In this document: positions 10,201 to 17,668 of the stretch, piece by piece | Layout: every line of letters begins with the position of its first letter | Position numbering within the stretch: position 1 is the first letter of the stretch | IMG/VR virus record: IMGVR_UViG_3300045988_063029 | Span: 1 to 37,477 of that record | Strand: one strand, 5' to 3' | DNA: 37,477 bases | From: a virus | Program-made: the position numbers and the translations under genes | The notes under the pieces: model-generated | The model's database searches: none | Told to the model about the DNA's origin: nothing | The model's input: only the letters and a program-made list of their open reading frames with translations

Positions 10201-10520
10201 TTTACATCTAAATTAAATACAAAGCTTTGCACGATCTCTTCATCTTTCGATAATTCAATCTGGCATTCTGTGATTCCTGTTTCTGCAAGTGCCTGTTCTG
10301 TCAGCTTTATGATTACTGCATTTTCCGAAATTTCGCAATTATTGTAAATTATTTTTTTCGATTGTTTTACTGCGATAAATCTCGCTGTTACCCCTGTAAG
10401 GTTTAGTCCTATAATGTTACATTTTAAAACGCGGCCGGTATCTCCTTGTGTAACCTCTGCTGTTTGTCTGATGCCCTCGCTTGTTAAATCAAGTGTTATT
10501 GTTTTATCTACCATTGCCAT
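4218..10520 (-). CDS. Giant tail fibre / receptor-binding protein, the DGR target (BppU-like N-terminus, fibre repeats, Ig-like and LRR-like regions, C-type-lectin-fold VR domain)
   Basis: The 2100-aa ORF follows Tal. Its N-terminal ~110 aa resemble the baseplate upper protein N domain. Residues 196-315 form 12 decapeptide repeats. The C-terminus YWLRSADAGG...GVCVGFSV is typical of DGR CLec-fold targets. An ATG at 10514 is better spaced from AGGAG than the ATG at 10520. Confidence 0.85.
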   Translation of the reverse strand: MAMVDKTITLDLTSEGIRQTAEVTQGDTGRVLKCNIIGLNLTGVTARFIAVKQSKKIIYNNCEISENAVIIKLTEQALAETGITECQIELSKDEEIVQSFVFNLDVKKSLLKSATVSENELGVLDDIQKDIENLKQTKADKNQYGAPLSAKTAAEMTDTSKIYVYYGSEAGYVYGNWYVYTNGAWKAQGEFQAAQIADGSISGEKIADGAITEDKISDRTVTGKKLQYQSVSTDELKDSSVSSKKLQDSSVTSEKIGNQAVTEDKISDNSVTERKIKDGSITSEKMANESVTTEKIADGAIKTKKIADGAVSFDKLNEEFRSRIIDNEKDTDALQDAIRLLTNNIELLTKSSNNYANGFRMEDGKLYLTNNGEIISDGITVGTGSGSGGLAFNSGYMSEDGYLHLTQDGTDIEGFDPIFIGTGGGSSSGSKLVFAMYSPAAFSVLQTNGTAPIKFKFSSLDATTQTPTGAGNLSIYVGGILKENKTIEQGDNITLDIFEHLSSGANTVKLTMTDTYGATATRTLTITMESFTLDWNLGNTEKNSGVLTIYVTPTGSGVKRIYLTVDGIQQSMQEVTTTGRRIVFSTTLTAGAHEVSVYGTMSLNGVTLTSDTLTCAVAQDGGGTVVAAKLTEKKVDQYATLAIPYRVLSSANPTTVNFYINDTLQSTESVDQSEHIWSYRTTDAGTLKLAIECDGKRWEKTIEVSALSSDISEITDSLVLKIDPNKITDLKIVSGLTLSENFDTHNGGLQTDPEGIRCIKVVKGDRITLDYKLFGTDARKDGRNFKFIYKVENSSLFDAQAITCMNNNIGLSMKANSMTVKTEQTTLEYPLCEGYKTEAEVNIEPDSENRLVMLWERGTPAKAAIYASNDNLKQTTPVGITIGSDDCDVVIYMIRVYSRDLTTDEIKANFCADGKDGAEIMARHDRNQLYDSSGNLDPDKVATLNPGLHVFTWHAPNVSTAKSQKITGSVTHKYVKGGAAHSWTATNVEQKAQGTSSLGYVQAGCNEDFNFKNGFDLEDGSHVDTYAMTDNSIGVNYLNFKTNVASQEHINNILVSDWYNTYQPYTRPAKQINKKVRDTVEGHMAALFFHNTGNEAVQVGPMTVAPDETVFYSLGNINNSKKNLDVFAQNETDDVIVIEVANNTSNQCRMKSADLSTETWDGDTNFEFRHLAESQNEEEAKQLWKDFLTWVVSCNADAATNKTLPSVVTIDGQAFSVDSKEYRIAKFRKEAADHMIVDSVMWHVLITLVFSQVDNRAKNTFWGYSKLSGKWNLCFAYDNDTAMGNDNEGGLTLKYGYMDYDKIGTRDVFNAADATVFQMMWKAFPQELANMYINRENAGAWDLDAFADHCEEIQSLAAESLWIEDVWRKDIKTYTVLGTSAYIPMLNGQKRLQRRQFLHYQRAFMSSYFISPYATAESATIRGYTPTSGNLVITPESKMTITPYSDLWITVKAGSGTTQKRTTAGKAVELQLGVPQMNDTEIYIRNAAFIQDLGDLSCLYPGYTDIASCKKLKRAQIGSSTDGYVNTNMKEVTVKNATSLEYINVENCPALAQELDLSNNINVKECYTRGSGITGVTFAPYQRLQKAKLNAVTSIFAKNLMYVKEFTLQAYNLLTTLNVSGSPALDTLTIAMNAENLTRVRLIDIDWRTTVKAYRTLMRLHEANGIDDDGHNTENGVLTGSVYFDGISPTKYKELSDAIRTVTFTYGQLLEEHTVTFKNWDGTTLNTQKVEHGGAAQDPIQVGYIGTPIKEPDQDNVYTFFKWDVPIENITQDTTVTALFTSQTRAYVVRYLNEGEVIEIHNVKAHGSCIYEGKDLEKSGYVWIGWDKTADDVTQDMDINATYIYPQLPGQIKDLTQYDYAYSDDPKDKSAYTFGEFYSIFKMGKAVEYGFTPAALIKMVPQKAKENEIIPDESIVFRYHSKGHYALSSGTGMTNGDFYMIGVLGIRQQMNKTATNKGGWDKSALREWMNKTLYPMLPPQWRNFIALSDTLASAGNQSTTITTSQDHLRIPSICEVGAELTAVPYKNEVSTEAEEVTFSCYTDNNSRKKCIYNGTGSVWDYWLRSADAGGAVSFRGVNNYGSIYSTNATGGYGVCVGFSV
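4226..4335 (-). repeat. DGR variable repeat (VR), encoding the last ~38 codons of the 2100-aa tail protein
   Basis: The VR aligns to the TR as described in the TR entry. VR encodes LRSADAGGAVSFRGVNNYGSIYSTNATGGYGVCVG. The TR frame encodes LRSADAGGAVSFRNVNNNGNINSNNATGGYGVCVG. Confidence 0.92.
9576..9935 (-). repeat. 12 tandem 30-nt (decapeptide) coding repeats in the tail fibre gene
   Basis: The repeats read IADGSISGEK / IADGAITEDK / ISDRTVTGKK / LQYQSVSTDE / LKDSSVSSKK / LQDSSVTSEK / IGNQAVTEDK / ISDNSVTERK / IKDGSITSEK / MANESVTTEK / IADGAIKTKK / IADGAVSFDK. Confidence 0.85.
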
Positions 10521-10524
10521 TCTC

Positions 10525-12639
10525 CTATCCTACAGTACCTGTGATGATTCCATTTTCCACAACGAGACCAGCATTGTCCGCCTTTAGTCCTCCAGATGAA
10601 TCCTGCGTAATCTTCCTGACATACTGAATTGTCCCATTGTAGCCACCGTCTATCTTGGCGTTCAAAATCTTGTTCCCTTTCATGTCAAGATCACACAGTA
10701 CATTTAATGCTTTTCCTGTCAATCCTGTGTATTTTCCTCTAGTGTACACCATGATCGGCGTATACCCTGAGCCATCACTGTTTTTTGTCCCCCAAAACAT
10801 ATAGTCGCCATCTTCTAATTCAAAAACAAGTCCCGTCACATCTTCGTGATCTCGTAAATTGTTTGATCCGATTCTTCCTGTGTAGTATTTATTATTTACA
10901 ATTTTCATGATCGCGTTCGCGATCTCAATCGAGTCATTTCCAGATAAATTTTTTATTGTTGCATTACCTGCAACAAATTCTCCAGTATTTAAATTCCAGT
11001 AGTTTCTTCCTGTCTGATCTGCTAACAATCCAGCTACGATCGTGTCTGCGATCATTCCTGCTGCTGTGATCGCTGTCGTCCAGTCCCAGTCTTTTCCGTC
11101 TGCTGTTCGTCTTTTGCTTATCATCAGCCCTTGTGTGCCAATTGCAAGTGCTCCATACGTTTCACTGCTTTCGTCTAGGTTTTCAAACAGGATGGCCATG
11201 ACATCCTGTTTTTTCGCAACATTGTACTGTGCTCTCAGGCTTGTCATTGCTCCGTTTATAAATCCTCTGATTTTTTCTGCAACGAGTGATCCATCTGACC
11301 GAATTGCTTCATCGATCTTGTTGATGCTTGCCGCAATATCGTCAAAGTAATTTGATTGTTTTTCAAAATCTCCCAAAACTACGTATGTTACTTTTTTCTT
11401 GATGCAGTCGTACTTCATTTCTACAACTCTTGCATCTGTATTAATATCCAGTTTGCAATGTCGGCAGGGGATCGTGTCTCCAAGCGACACTTCTTCAAGC
11501 ATTGCGTAGTCTTTGTACAAATCTGTGTTTTGCAAAAGGATCATATCGGCATCAATTGTTATTGTTGGCTCATCGAGTCCCATGTCAAACTGATCGTTGC
11601 ATTCTTTTGTTAATGCAGCGTCAAGTTCTTCCTGTGTCTCGCACACTGTCCATCCTTCTTTGATCGCTTCATCCCTTGCTTCCTGTTCTTCTTCTTCTCC
11701 TTTTGCTTTAAGATCTTCAATCTCCTTTTTGATCTCATTTCTTTCTGTCAAGATCTCATCCAGCTGTTTCTCGTAATCAGCCTCTTTTACCTTATTCAAT
11801 TGATGCTTTCTTCTTAACGTTCTTTCTTTGACGCCGTTTGCAACAAGCTTCACTTGCAGCTCCCCAAGCTGTTTTAAGTTTTCCTCCTCTTTTGTCGTAT
11901 CTTTCATCCGCACATTATCAAATGTTATTGTCGCACTTTTTACTGTTGGATAGTTATTTATTAGTGGCGAATCTACGTAACCATGATTAGACATCGTTAC
12001 TCCATCGTATCCCTTTGGGTAAATTCTAGTTACAACATTTCTGGTATCGATCTCTTCTGTCAGTCCATCCGCTTTTATGTTTTTCCCATACCTCAATTCT
12101 ACGCCATAATCGCCGCCAACTCTTTTATTGATAATCACCGTATGATTATTAAACAAGATCTCGCCGCCCCATCGATTTATAAACGAGTTTTCATCGTCGC
12201 CGTTGATAGCTTCGATTAAATTCATATATTCATAGTGCGCAACTGATACCCAGGGGATATCAGAGCTTGCAGAGTACTTATTGTTTGCTGCTGTCATGAT
12301 ATCCAAAGCTTCTTGACCGTTTTTCATCGTTGGTCTTACATCTACCAGGAAGCAATCATCTTTTGCATCCATAAAGATCGGTTCAAGTGATGCCGTTATC
12401 TGCGAGTCTGATTTTTCTTTTTTTCGGATTCTAAACAACTGATCTCCGTTAAAGCTTGGCATTTTTACGACTGCCTCATCTTCAATGTATTTCCAGCGAC
12501 CGCCTGCATCGATCGGATGCGACAGTTCTGCCGTCCACGTCCCATTCAAAACAGTGTGTACAATTGCTTTAGACGGCATCAATGTCATGTCTCCGTTTTT
12601 ATCAAAATTCGTATTGTCCGGCTTATAAATTTGTATCAT
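10525..12639 (-). CDS. Tail-associated lysin / tail endopeptidase-like protein (Tal, Prophage_tail-like N-terminus)
   Basis: The gene sits in the Tal position after Dit. The N-terminus (IYKPDNTNFDKNGDMTLMP ... LFRIRK ... RWGGEI) is typical of siphovirus Tal. The ATG at 12639 forms an ATGA overlap with the Dit stop and is preceded by GGAGG. Confidence 0.8.
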   Translation of the reverse strand: MIQIYKPDNTNFDKNGDMTLMPSKAIVHTVLNGTWTAELSHPIDAGGRWKYIEDEAVVKMPSFNGDQLFRIRKKEKSDSQITASLEPIFMDAKDDCFLVDVRPTMKNGQEALDIMTAANNKYSASSDIPWVSVAHYEYMNLIEAINGDDENSFINRWGGEILFNNHTVIINKRVGGDYGVELRYGKNIKADGLTEEIDTRNVVTRIYPKGYDGVTMSNHGYVDSPLINNYPTVKSATITFDNVRMKDTTKEEENLKQLGELQVKLVANGVKERTLRRKHQLNKVKEADYEKQLDEILTERNEIKKEIEDLKAKGEEEEQEARDEAIKEGWTVCETQEELDAALTKECNDQFDMGLDEPTITIDADMILLQNTDLYKDYAMLEEVSLGDTIPCRHCKLDINTDARVVEMKYDCIKKKVTYVVLGDFEKQSNYFDDIAASINKIDEAIRSDGSLVAEKIRGFINGAMTSLRAQYNVAKKQDVMAILFENLDESSETYGALAIGTQGLMISKRRTADGKDWDWTTAITAAGMIADTIVAGLLADQTGRNYWNLNTGEFVAGNATIKNLSGNDSIEIANAIMKIVNNKYYTGRIGSNNLRDHEDVTGLVFELEDGDYMFWGTKNSDGSGYTPIMVYTRGKYTGLTGKALNVLCDLDMKGNKILNAKIDGGYNGTIQYVRKITQDSSGGLKADNAGLVVENGIITGTVG

Positions 12640-13334
12640 AAGCACCTCCAGTTTGGTATAACCTTCAAGCCAAATCCTTCTGTTATCTCTATTGTGTTAT
12701 CCCCTTCTTTTAAGTACAGTTCCTGGTAATCTCCTGTGACGGATGTATTCATCATTCTGCCGTCTTGTCTATACGCAAGCATCAGATCGGTGTCAATTGT
12801 TACGTTTTGGCCAACCTCAGCTACAAATTCATTTCCATTCACTGTTAATGTACATCTGCCGTTGCCCGTAATCAGATACGTTGGATGCGAAACTGAATAA
12901 GGATTGTATAGCACTTCTTGTTTTTCGTACTCATAAGTTCCAGAAGCAAGATACTGATGTCCTTCACAAATAAATTCAGTTTCAAACTCTCCTACCTGTT
13001 TTACCTCTCGTTCTGAGCTGCCTATTGTTGTATGCTTCACTTTGTAATAATAGCCTGGCATGTCCTCAAGAATTAACTTGTTGTCCGTTTTATCAAGCAG
13101 CCATTTTCTCGCCTTGCGGAAAAGATCTTGCCATTTTGCTGGATCAGCTGCAAATACGAATGTGATCTTGATCGTAATGTCGTCAACAAATTCTTCTTCC
13201 GAGTACAGTGCCCCGTCTCTTCCTGGTATGTCTATCGTCTCATAACGATACTCTGGCGCCGGGATCGCTGGCCTTTCTTTTACCAGCACCCCGGCTTCTG
13301 TGTTTGTTTTTTTGTTTCTCTTTATCAAATACAT
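12636..13334 (-). CDS. Distal tail protein (Dit, Sipho_tail-like)
   Basis: The gene lies between TMP and Tal. Its size (232 aa) and the IPGRDGALY motif fit the phage tail family. The RBS is TAGGAG. Confidence 0.8.
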   Translation of the reverse strand: MYLIKRNKKTNTEAGVLVKERPAIPAPEYRYETIDIPGRDGALYSEEEFVDDITIKITFVFAADPAKWQDLFRKARKWLLDKTDNKLILEDMPGYYYKVKHTTIGSSEREVKQVGEFETEFICEGHQYLASGTYEYEKQEVLYNPYSVSHPTYLITGNGRCTLTVNGNEFVAEVGQNVTIDTDLMLAYRQDGRMMNTSVTGDYQELYLKEGDNTIEITEGFGLKVIPNWRCL

Positions 13335-13352
13335 GATGTTTTAGCTCCTATC

Positions 13353-13371
13353 TTTGTCAGAGTCTGACAAA
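13353..13371. repeat. Palindrome copy a: TTTGTCAGAGTCTGACAAA
   Basis: A perfect 9+1+9 palindrome lies in the 38-nt spacer between the TMP stop and the Dit start. It is one of six copies. Confidence 0.95.
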
Positions 13372-13372
13372 A

Positions 13373-16114
13373 TCAACGCCCTCTGAATCGTTTGCTTGTG
13401 ATCCTGTTGTTATTAATTCCTTTTTCTGCCGTTTTGACGATGTATGCGTCAAATTCATGATTGCCAACTTGTACAGTTACTGCATTGTTCAGATTCACAC
13501 TCGCTCCTGCTGGCTGTAATCCGTTCAGGTTTGTTGTGATACCTGTGTTCATTTGATCCGCAACGCTTTGCATTGCATCTTTTACCTTGTACACGTTCTT
13601 GTCAATTCCTTTTGCAAGTCCGTCCATAAAGTCCGGCATCCATGTCTCATAATCCCTTAATGGTCCTTCGTCTGGCCGTGAGAAATGTAGGAAACTTCTG
13701 ATCTTTCCGGCTAATCCTTTGACTCCTTCTACAATCTTATTGATCCCTGAAAAGATTCCGTTTTTTAATCCATTGATGAAATCAGATCCCCAATGATAAG
13801 CAGATCTTGCAAGGCCAAGTATAAATCCTTTAATTGTATTAAACGGACCTTTCACGATTCCGGCCAAGGTTGATACAACTGTTTTGATTCCTGATTTCAT
13901 TTTTGTAAATGCTCCAACTGCTACGCTTTTAATCGTGCTTGTTACAGTCGTGATCACACTCCTTATTCCATTAAATACTGTGGTGATCACTGTTTTAATT
14001 GCATTGACTACTGTTGTGATCGCTGTCTTGATTCCATTCCATACCGTGGTGACTACTGTCTTGACTGCATTGAATACAGTAGTTACTACTGTCTTGATCG
14101 CATTGAACACCGTTGTGATTACTGTCTTGATCGCATTAACTGCCGTTGTGATCGCTGTCTTGATTCCATTCCATACCGTGGATACAAACGTTTTCACTGC
14201 ACCGAACACCGTCATAATTACACTGCCTATTGCATTTACTGCACTTGATACAGCGCTTTTTACAGCATTCCATATATTACCAAGAAATGCCGTAATCGTA
14301 CTCCAGTTTCGTATAATTGCTATTACTGCTGTAATTGCTGCAATTACTCCAGCTACGATCGGCAAGAACGGTACAAGCGCCGTGGCCGAAAACGTTGTAA
14401 AGATCGTCATGATCGCAGCTATCGCTGGCGCTAATGTCGTAAACAGTGCAATCAATCCTGTAATTGCTATAATGACCGTTTGTATCGGTCCCGGTAATGA
14501 TCCGAATGCCTGTGCTATTGTTGATATAACATTAACAATAGGTTGTAGAGCTGTAACAATCTGTGTTCCAATCGGAATCAGGCTGTCCTGTAGCTTTCTG
14601 AGTGCTCCTTCCCATTTTTCTCCTGGTGTTTGCTTACTCATCTCCTTCGCTTTGCCCGTTACGTTGTCAAAGTCATTTCCAACTCCAAACAGCGCAACTG
14701 ATGCGTCGATACCTAAGTCTTCAAACTGTGTGGATAGTGTAGATAAGGCTTCTTGTTGTTCTTTTGGTGACATCTTTTTCAGGTCGTTCCCGACGCTTGC
14801 AGCAACGTCCTTGACCGTTGCTTTTCCTTTTTCCCATTCCCCAAATACTTTCTTTGTATTTGACGAAAAGTTATTGATATTCCCTTTAAACGTTCCGTCA
14901 CCCAAACGAATCTGAAACTCTTTCAATGCATCTGCTGCCTTATCTGTATTCATCGCTCCGTTTTCCATTCCGTTTTTCAGGAGCTGGAACATTTCTTTTC
15001 CTGAGTATCCGGCAGTTTTGAATAACGGCGAATACTCGTTGATCGTGTCCATAAAATCATCGGATGAGTTTAATCCGTTTTTATATCCAGCCGCCAGCAA
15101 GTCCATTGCTTCTTTACTGGATAAACCAAAATTTTTCATCAGCTTTCCAACAGCGACTGTGTTTTCTTTTACGTCTGTTCCAGTTCTTTTGGAGATTATT
15201 GCGAGCTGTCCGGCAACTTTCGAAAGATCTGTATCGTTCAGATCTGACATATTTTGCTTGACTGCGATGATGGCATCTGCTGCTTCATTTGCATCTTCCA
15301 CGACGCCTTGTTCAAAGACTTCCTGCGCGGCTTTTCCATATTCCTGTGTCTTTTGCTTCGACACATCAAGATTCGCCGCTATCTTTTGCTGGGCACTCTG
15401 CATATCATTTGCGGATTCTACCGCGCTTGATCCAACTTCTTTGATCTTCTCGCCAACAGCACTTAAGTTCTCCGCAGCTGTCATGATTGTTTGAGCACTT
15501 ATATTTTTTCCGATTCCACTGAGTTTTTCTGATGCCGTTTCGGATTTTTCGCCTAACTGTTCCAGTTTTTGTTGTGTTGCTACGATCTCTCGTTGTAGCG
15601 CATTGTACTGTTCTGGATTGATTGGTGCTCCAAATTCTTCTGTTACCTGCTTGGCTTCAGTTTTTAATCCTGATAATTTGTTTTTTGTTTCTGTTATCTC
15701 GTTTTGCAGCGCATTATACGCATCTGTATTTATCTCCCCTGCATCTTTCATGCTCTGCTGTTCATTTTGTAAGTCTTTTAATTTCTCCTTTGTTTCTGAT
15801 ATTTCTTTCTGAATCGGGTCGTACTTCGCCTTCCACGCATCGTAATTATCCGCAGATTTTGACACCTCTTCGTTTGCTTTTTTCAGCATCTCCAGTTTAT
15901 TTTTTGTTTCTTCTGCTGCCTGTGCCAGAAGTGTCTGCTGCTGCCTTAATAATTCTGTATTTCCTGGATCAAGTTTTAACAGACGGTCAACATCTTTCAA
16001 TTGAGCTTCGAGGCTGCTAATATTCCCATTGATTCCAGAAAGTGCTTTATCGAGTCCTGTCGCATCACCGTTTAATTCAATCGTGATTCCTTTTATATTT
16101 CTTCCTCTTGCCAT
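13373..16114 (-). CDS. Tail tape measure protein
   Basis: The 913-aa ORF has a coiled-coil N-terminus, a hydrophobic central segment and an 11-aa periodic repeat block (TVxNAIKTVxT, about 13909-14281). It sits after the G/GT chaperones. Confidence 0.9.
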   Translation of the reverse strand: MARGRNIKGITIELNGDATGLDKALSGINGNISSLEAQLKDVDRLLKLDPGNTELLRQQQTLLAQAAEETKNKLEMLKKANEEVSKSADNYDAWKAKYDPIQKEISETKEKLKDLQNEQQSMKDAGEINTDAYNALQNEITETKNKLSGLKTEAKQVTEEFGAPINPEQYNALQREIVATQQKLEQLGEKSETASEKLSGIGKNISAQTIMTAAENLSAVGEKIKEVGSSAVESANDMQSAQQKIAANLDVSKQKTQEYGKAAQEVFEQGVVEDANEAADAIIAVKQNMSDLNDTDLSKVAGQLAIISKRTGTDVKENTVAVGKLMKNFGLSSKEAMDLLAAGYKNGLNSSDDFMDTINEYSPLFKTAGYSGKEMFQLLKNGMENGAMNTDKAADALKEFQIRLGDGTFKGNINNFSSNTKKVFGEWEKGKATVKDVAASVGNDLKKMSPKEQQEALSTLSTQFEDLGIDASVALFGVGNDFDNVTGKAKEMSKQTPGEKWEGALRKLQDSLIPIGTQIVTALQPIVNVISTIAQAFGSLPGPIQTVIIAITGLIALFTTLAPAIAAIMTIFTTFSATALVPFLPIVAGVIAAITAVIAIIRNWSTITAFLGNIWNAVKSAVSSAVNAIGSVIMTVFGAVKTFVSTVWNGIKTAITTAVNAIKTVITTVFNAIKTVVTTVFNAVKTVVTTVWNGIKTAITTVVNAIKTVITTVFNGIRSVITTVTSTIKSVAVGAFTKMKSGIKTVVSTLAGIVKGPFNTIKGFILGLARSAYHWGSDFINGLKNGIFSGINKIVEGVKGLAGKIRSFLHFSRPDEGPLRDYETWMPDFMDGLAKGIDKNVYKVKDAMQSVADQMNTGITTNLNGLQPAGASVNLNNAVTVQVGNHEFDAYIVKTAEKGINNNRITSKRFRGR

Positions 16115-16223
16115 CTGTTGTCCTCAAAATCGCATCAAAAAAAGACACCTTCCGATGTCTTTTTTCTTTGCTTTTATTTAATGTTCGAAACGATGTGTAT
16201 GATTTTATCCGCAAAGTAGTCGC

Positions 16224-16759
16224 TTAGAATCTGTTAAAGTCTTCCTGTCCTGCTTTGTCTGGATAATCATAATCATCATTTTTATTTTCAACCGCCATAT
16301 CCATGATCATTCCTATTGTGAGTTCTTCCAAATCGTTCATGGATAGTCCGATTTGGACACATCTTAAAAGAAACAACGCTGTTGTTACTTCCCGATCAAT
16401 GTCGCGCTCTTTTTTTTTGCATATTCCAACTGCTTGTTGTTCAGATTCCACAATTCAAAGATTTCTGGAAGAATTTGATAAATCGAAAACGTTTCAAAGC
16501 GATCTAACCACTTTCCAATATCGTTCGGTACACGGCTCGGATCTGCATGCTTTGCCATAATGTATGCAATATTTTCAAACATTTCCAAATTTTCAACCGG
16601 GAGCTCGTCCCCTTGTTTTTTCTTTCGATCCATTGCCTTTTTCAGCGCCATCATGTCTTTGAATATATCTTTCCCGAATATATTCCGATACATCCGTGGA
16701 ATCGCAGCACTGGACTTTAATCTGACGTTTTTCCCGTCAATCTTTACTGTCTTTTCCAT
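16224..16759 (-). CDS. Tail assembly chaperone -1 frameshift fusion (gpGT-like)
   Basis: The 16224-16451 ORF is in the -1 frame relative to gpG and overlaps its 3' end. The shift is possible on the A AAA AAA/G run at 16410-16418. This is the conserved G/GT arrangement of long-tailed phages. Confidence 0.7.
16385..16759 (-). CDS. Tail assembly chaperone (gpG-like)
   Basis: The 124-aa ORF lies between the major tail and TMP genes. It ends just after an A9 slippery run. Confidence 0.8.
   Translation of the reverse strand: MEKTVKIDGKNVRLKSSAAIPRMYRNIFGKDIFKDMMALKKAMDRKKKQGDELPVENLEMFENIAYIMAKHADPSRVPNDIGKWLDRFETFSIYQILPEIFELWNLNNKQLEYAKKKSATLIGK
16410..16418 (-). promoter_or_regulatory. Slippery sequence for programmed -1 ribosomal frameshift (A9 on the minus strand)
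   Basis: In the G frame the minus strand reads GCA AAA AAA AAG. The -1 frame reads TGC AAA AAA AAA GAG and stays open to 16224. Confidence 0.7.
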
Positions 16760-16771
16760 CTGATCACTCCT

Positions 16772-17344
16772 TTACGCTGCAACTTCTGGCGCTTCATACA
16801 CGTTGTTAAACCATCCATTATAAGTTGTCTCGTCTGTTTCGTCTGTTGTTTTTGCTTTAACTCTTCCGTCTGCCAACGGAGAAACTGTTAATGATAATGT
16901 CTCTGTTTTTGGTTCGATCGTGTCTTCTTTTGTTTCACTTTCGATTGTTGGGCGTGTTGCCTTGCAGTTGTACAGAACATGACGAATTCCATTGACATCT
17001 CCGTCAAACTGGAACAATAGAGCAAACGATTTAACTGTTGCATCTGCATTCTCTGTCAATACATTTTTTGTATCTTTTGTATCTCCTAAGATTCCTGTCC
17101 TAAAATCATCTGGAATCAACGCCATTTCTAAATCTCCAGAATATCCGTTATTGGTGACAGATACATAATAAGCTACTCCGTCTGCGTAAAATGTACTTGT
17201 GCCTCCCTCTGCATCTAATGATAATGATACGGCCCCAGGAACTGCGACTGGTGTCCCCCATGTTATTTTCCCCTCAGTTTCCGTAATCTCAGCGTAATGC
17301 ACATTTTTCAAATTGAACTTAATCTTGTTTTTACCTTTTTTCAT
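16772..17344 (-). CDS. Major tail protein (phi13-family-like)
   Basis: The 190-aa ORF has the N-terminus KFNLKNVHYAEITE...GTPVAVPGAVSLSLDAEG typical of phi13-type major tail proteins. It lies upstream of the chaperones. Confidence 0.8.
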   Translation of the reverse strand: MKKGKNKIKFNLKNVHYAEITETEGKITWGTPVAVPGAVSLSLDAEGGTSTFYADGVAYYVSVTNNGYSGDLEMALIPDDFRTGILGDTKDTKNVLTENADATVKSFALLFQFDGDVNGIRHVLYNCKATRPTIESETKEDTIEPKTETLSLTVSPLADGRVKAKTTDETDETTYNGWFNNVYEAPEVAA

Positions 17345-17347
17345 TTT

Positions 17348-17668
17348 TTACACCTCCATCTGGTAAAGGACCTCATACATCTGTTCACTATCGATGTACG
17401 TTTCTTCCTTTTCCCAGGATACGTTATAGTTTTTAAATATCTCTTCGATTCTTTCTTCTAGCTTATGATCTTTTTCGTCTGTATATAGTTCAATGCTCAC
17501 AGCGTCGATTACTGCATACACGACACCGTCGGCATAGAAATTTGCGCTTTCTTCATTTATCCATACAATAAACGGCGGATCAACTGCGTTTTCTTCCGTG
17601 AAATGATGGTACTGGAACGGGAGTCCTGTTTCTGCAAGCATTTCTTCAATTCTTTCTTTGCTCATCAT
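17348..17668 (-). CDS. Putative tail terminator / tail completion protein
   Basis: The call rests on position only. This 106-aa ORF lies between the gp10-like protein and the major tail protein, and its start overlaps the stop of the gp10-like gene by 4 nt (17665-17668). Confidence 0.45.
   Translation of the reverse strand: MMSKERIEEMLAETGLPFQYHHFTEENAVDPPFIVWINEESANFYADGVVYAVIDAVSIELYTDEKDHKLEERIEEIFKNYNVSWEKEETYIDSEQMYEVLYQMEV

Noticed and set aside
13884-14915. 343-aa plus-strand ORF antisense to the tape measure gene
   Set aside because: It is the mirror image of the TMP repeat block, with low-complexity V/I/T/A-rich translation and no RBS. The minus-strand gene is clearly real. The same reasoning applies to the many 60-160-aa plus-strand ORFs antisense to structural genes, including 192-662 opposite the endolysin and 36152-36358 opposite the integrase.
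16137-16165. Hairpin AAGACA-(8 nt)-TGTCTT flanked by A- and T-runs between the chaperone and TMP genes, as a terminator
   Set aside because: The stem is only 6 bp, and full termination here would block expression of all downstream tail genes. At most it is an attenuator, so it was not reported as a feature.
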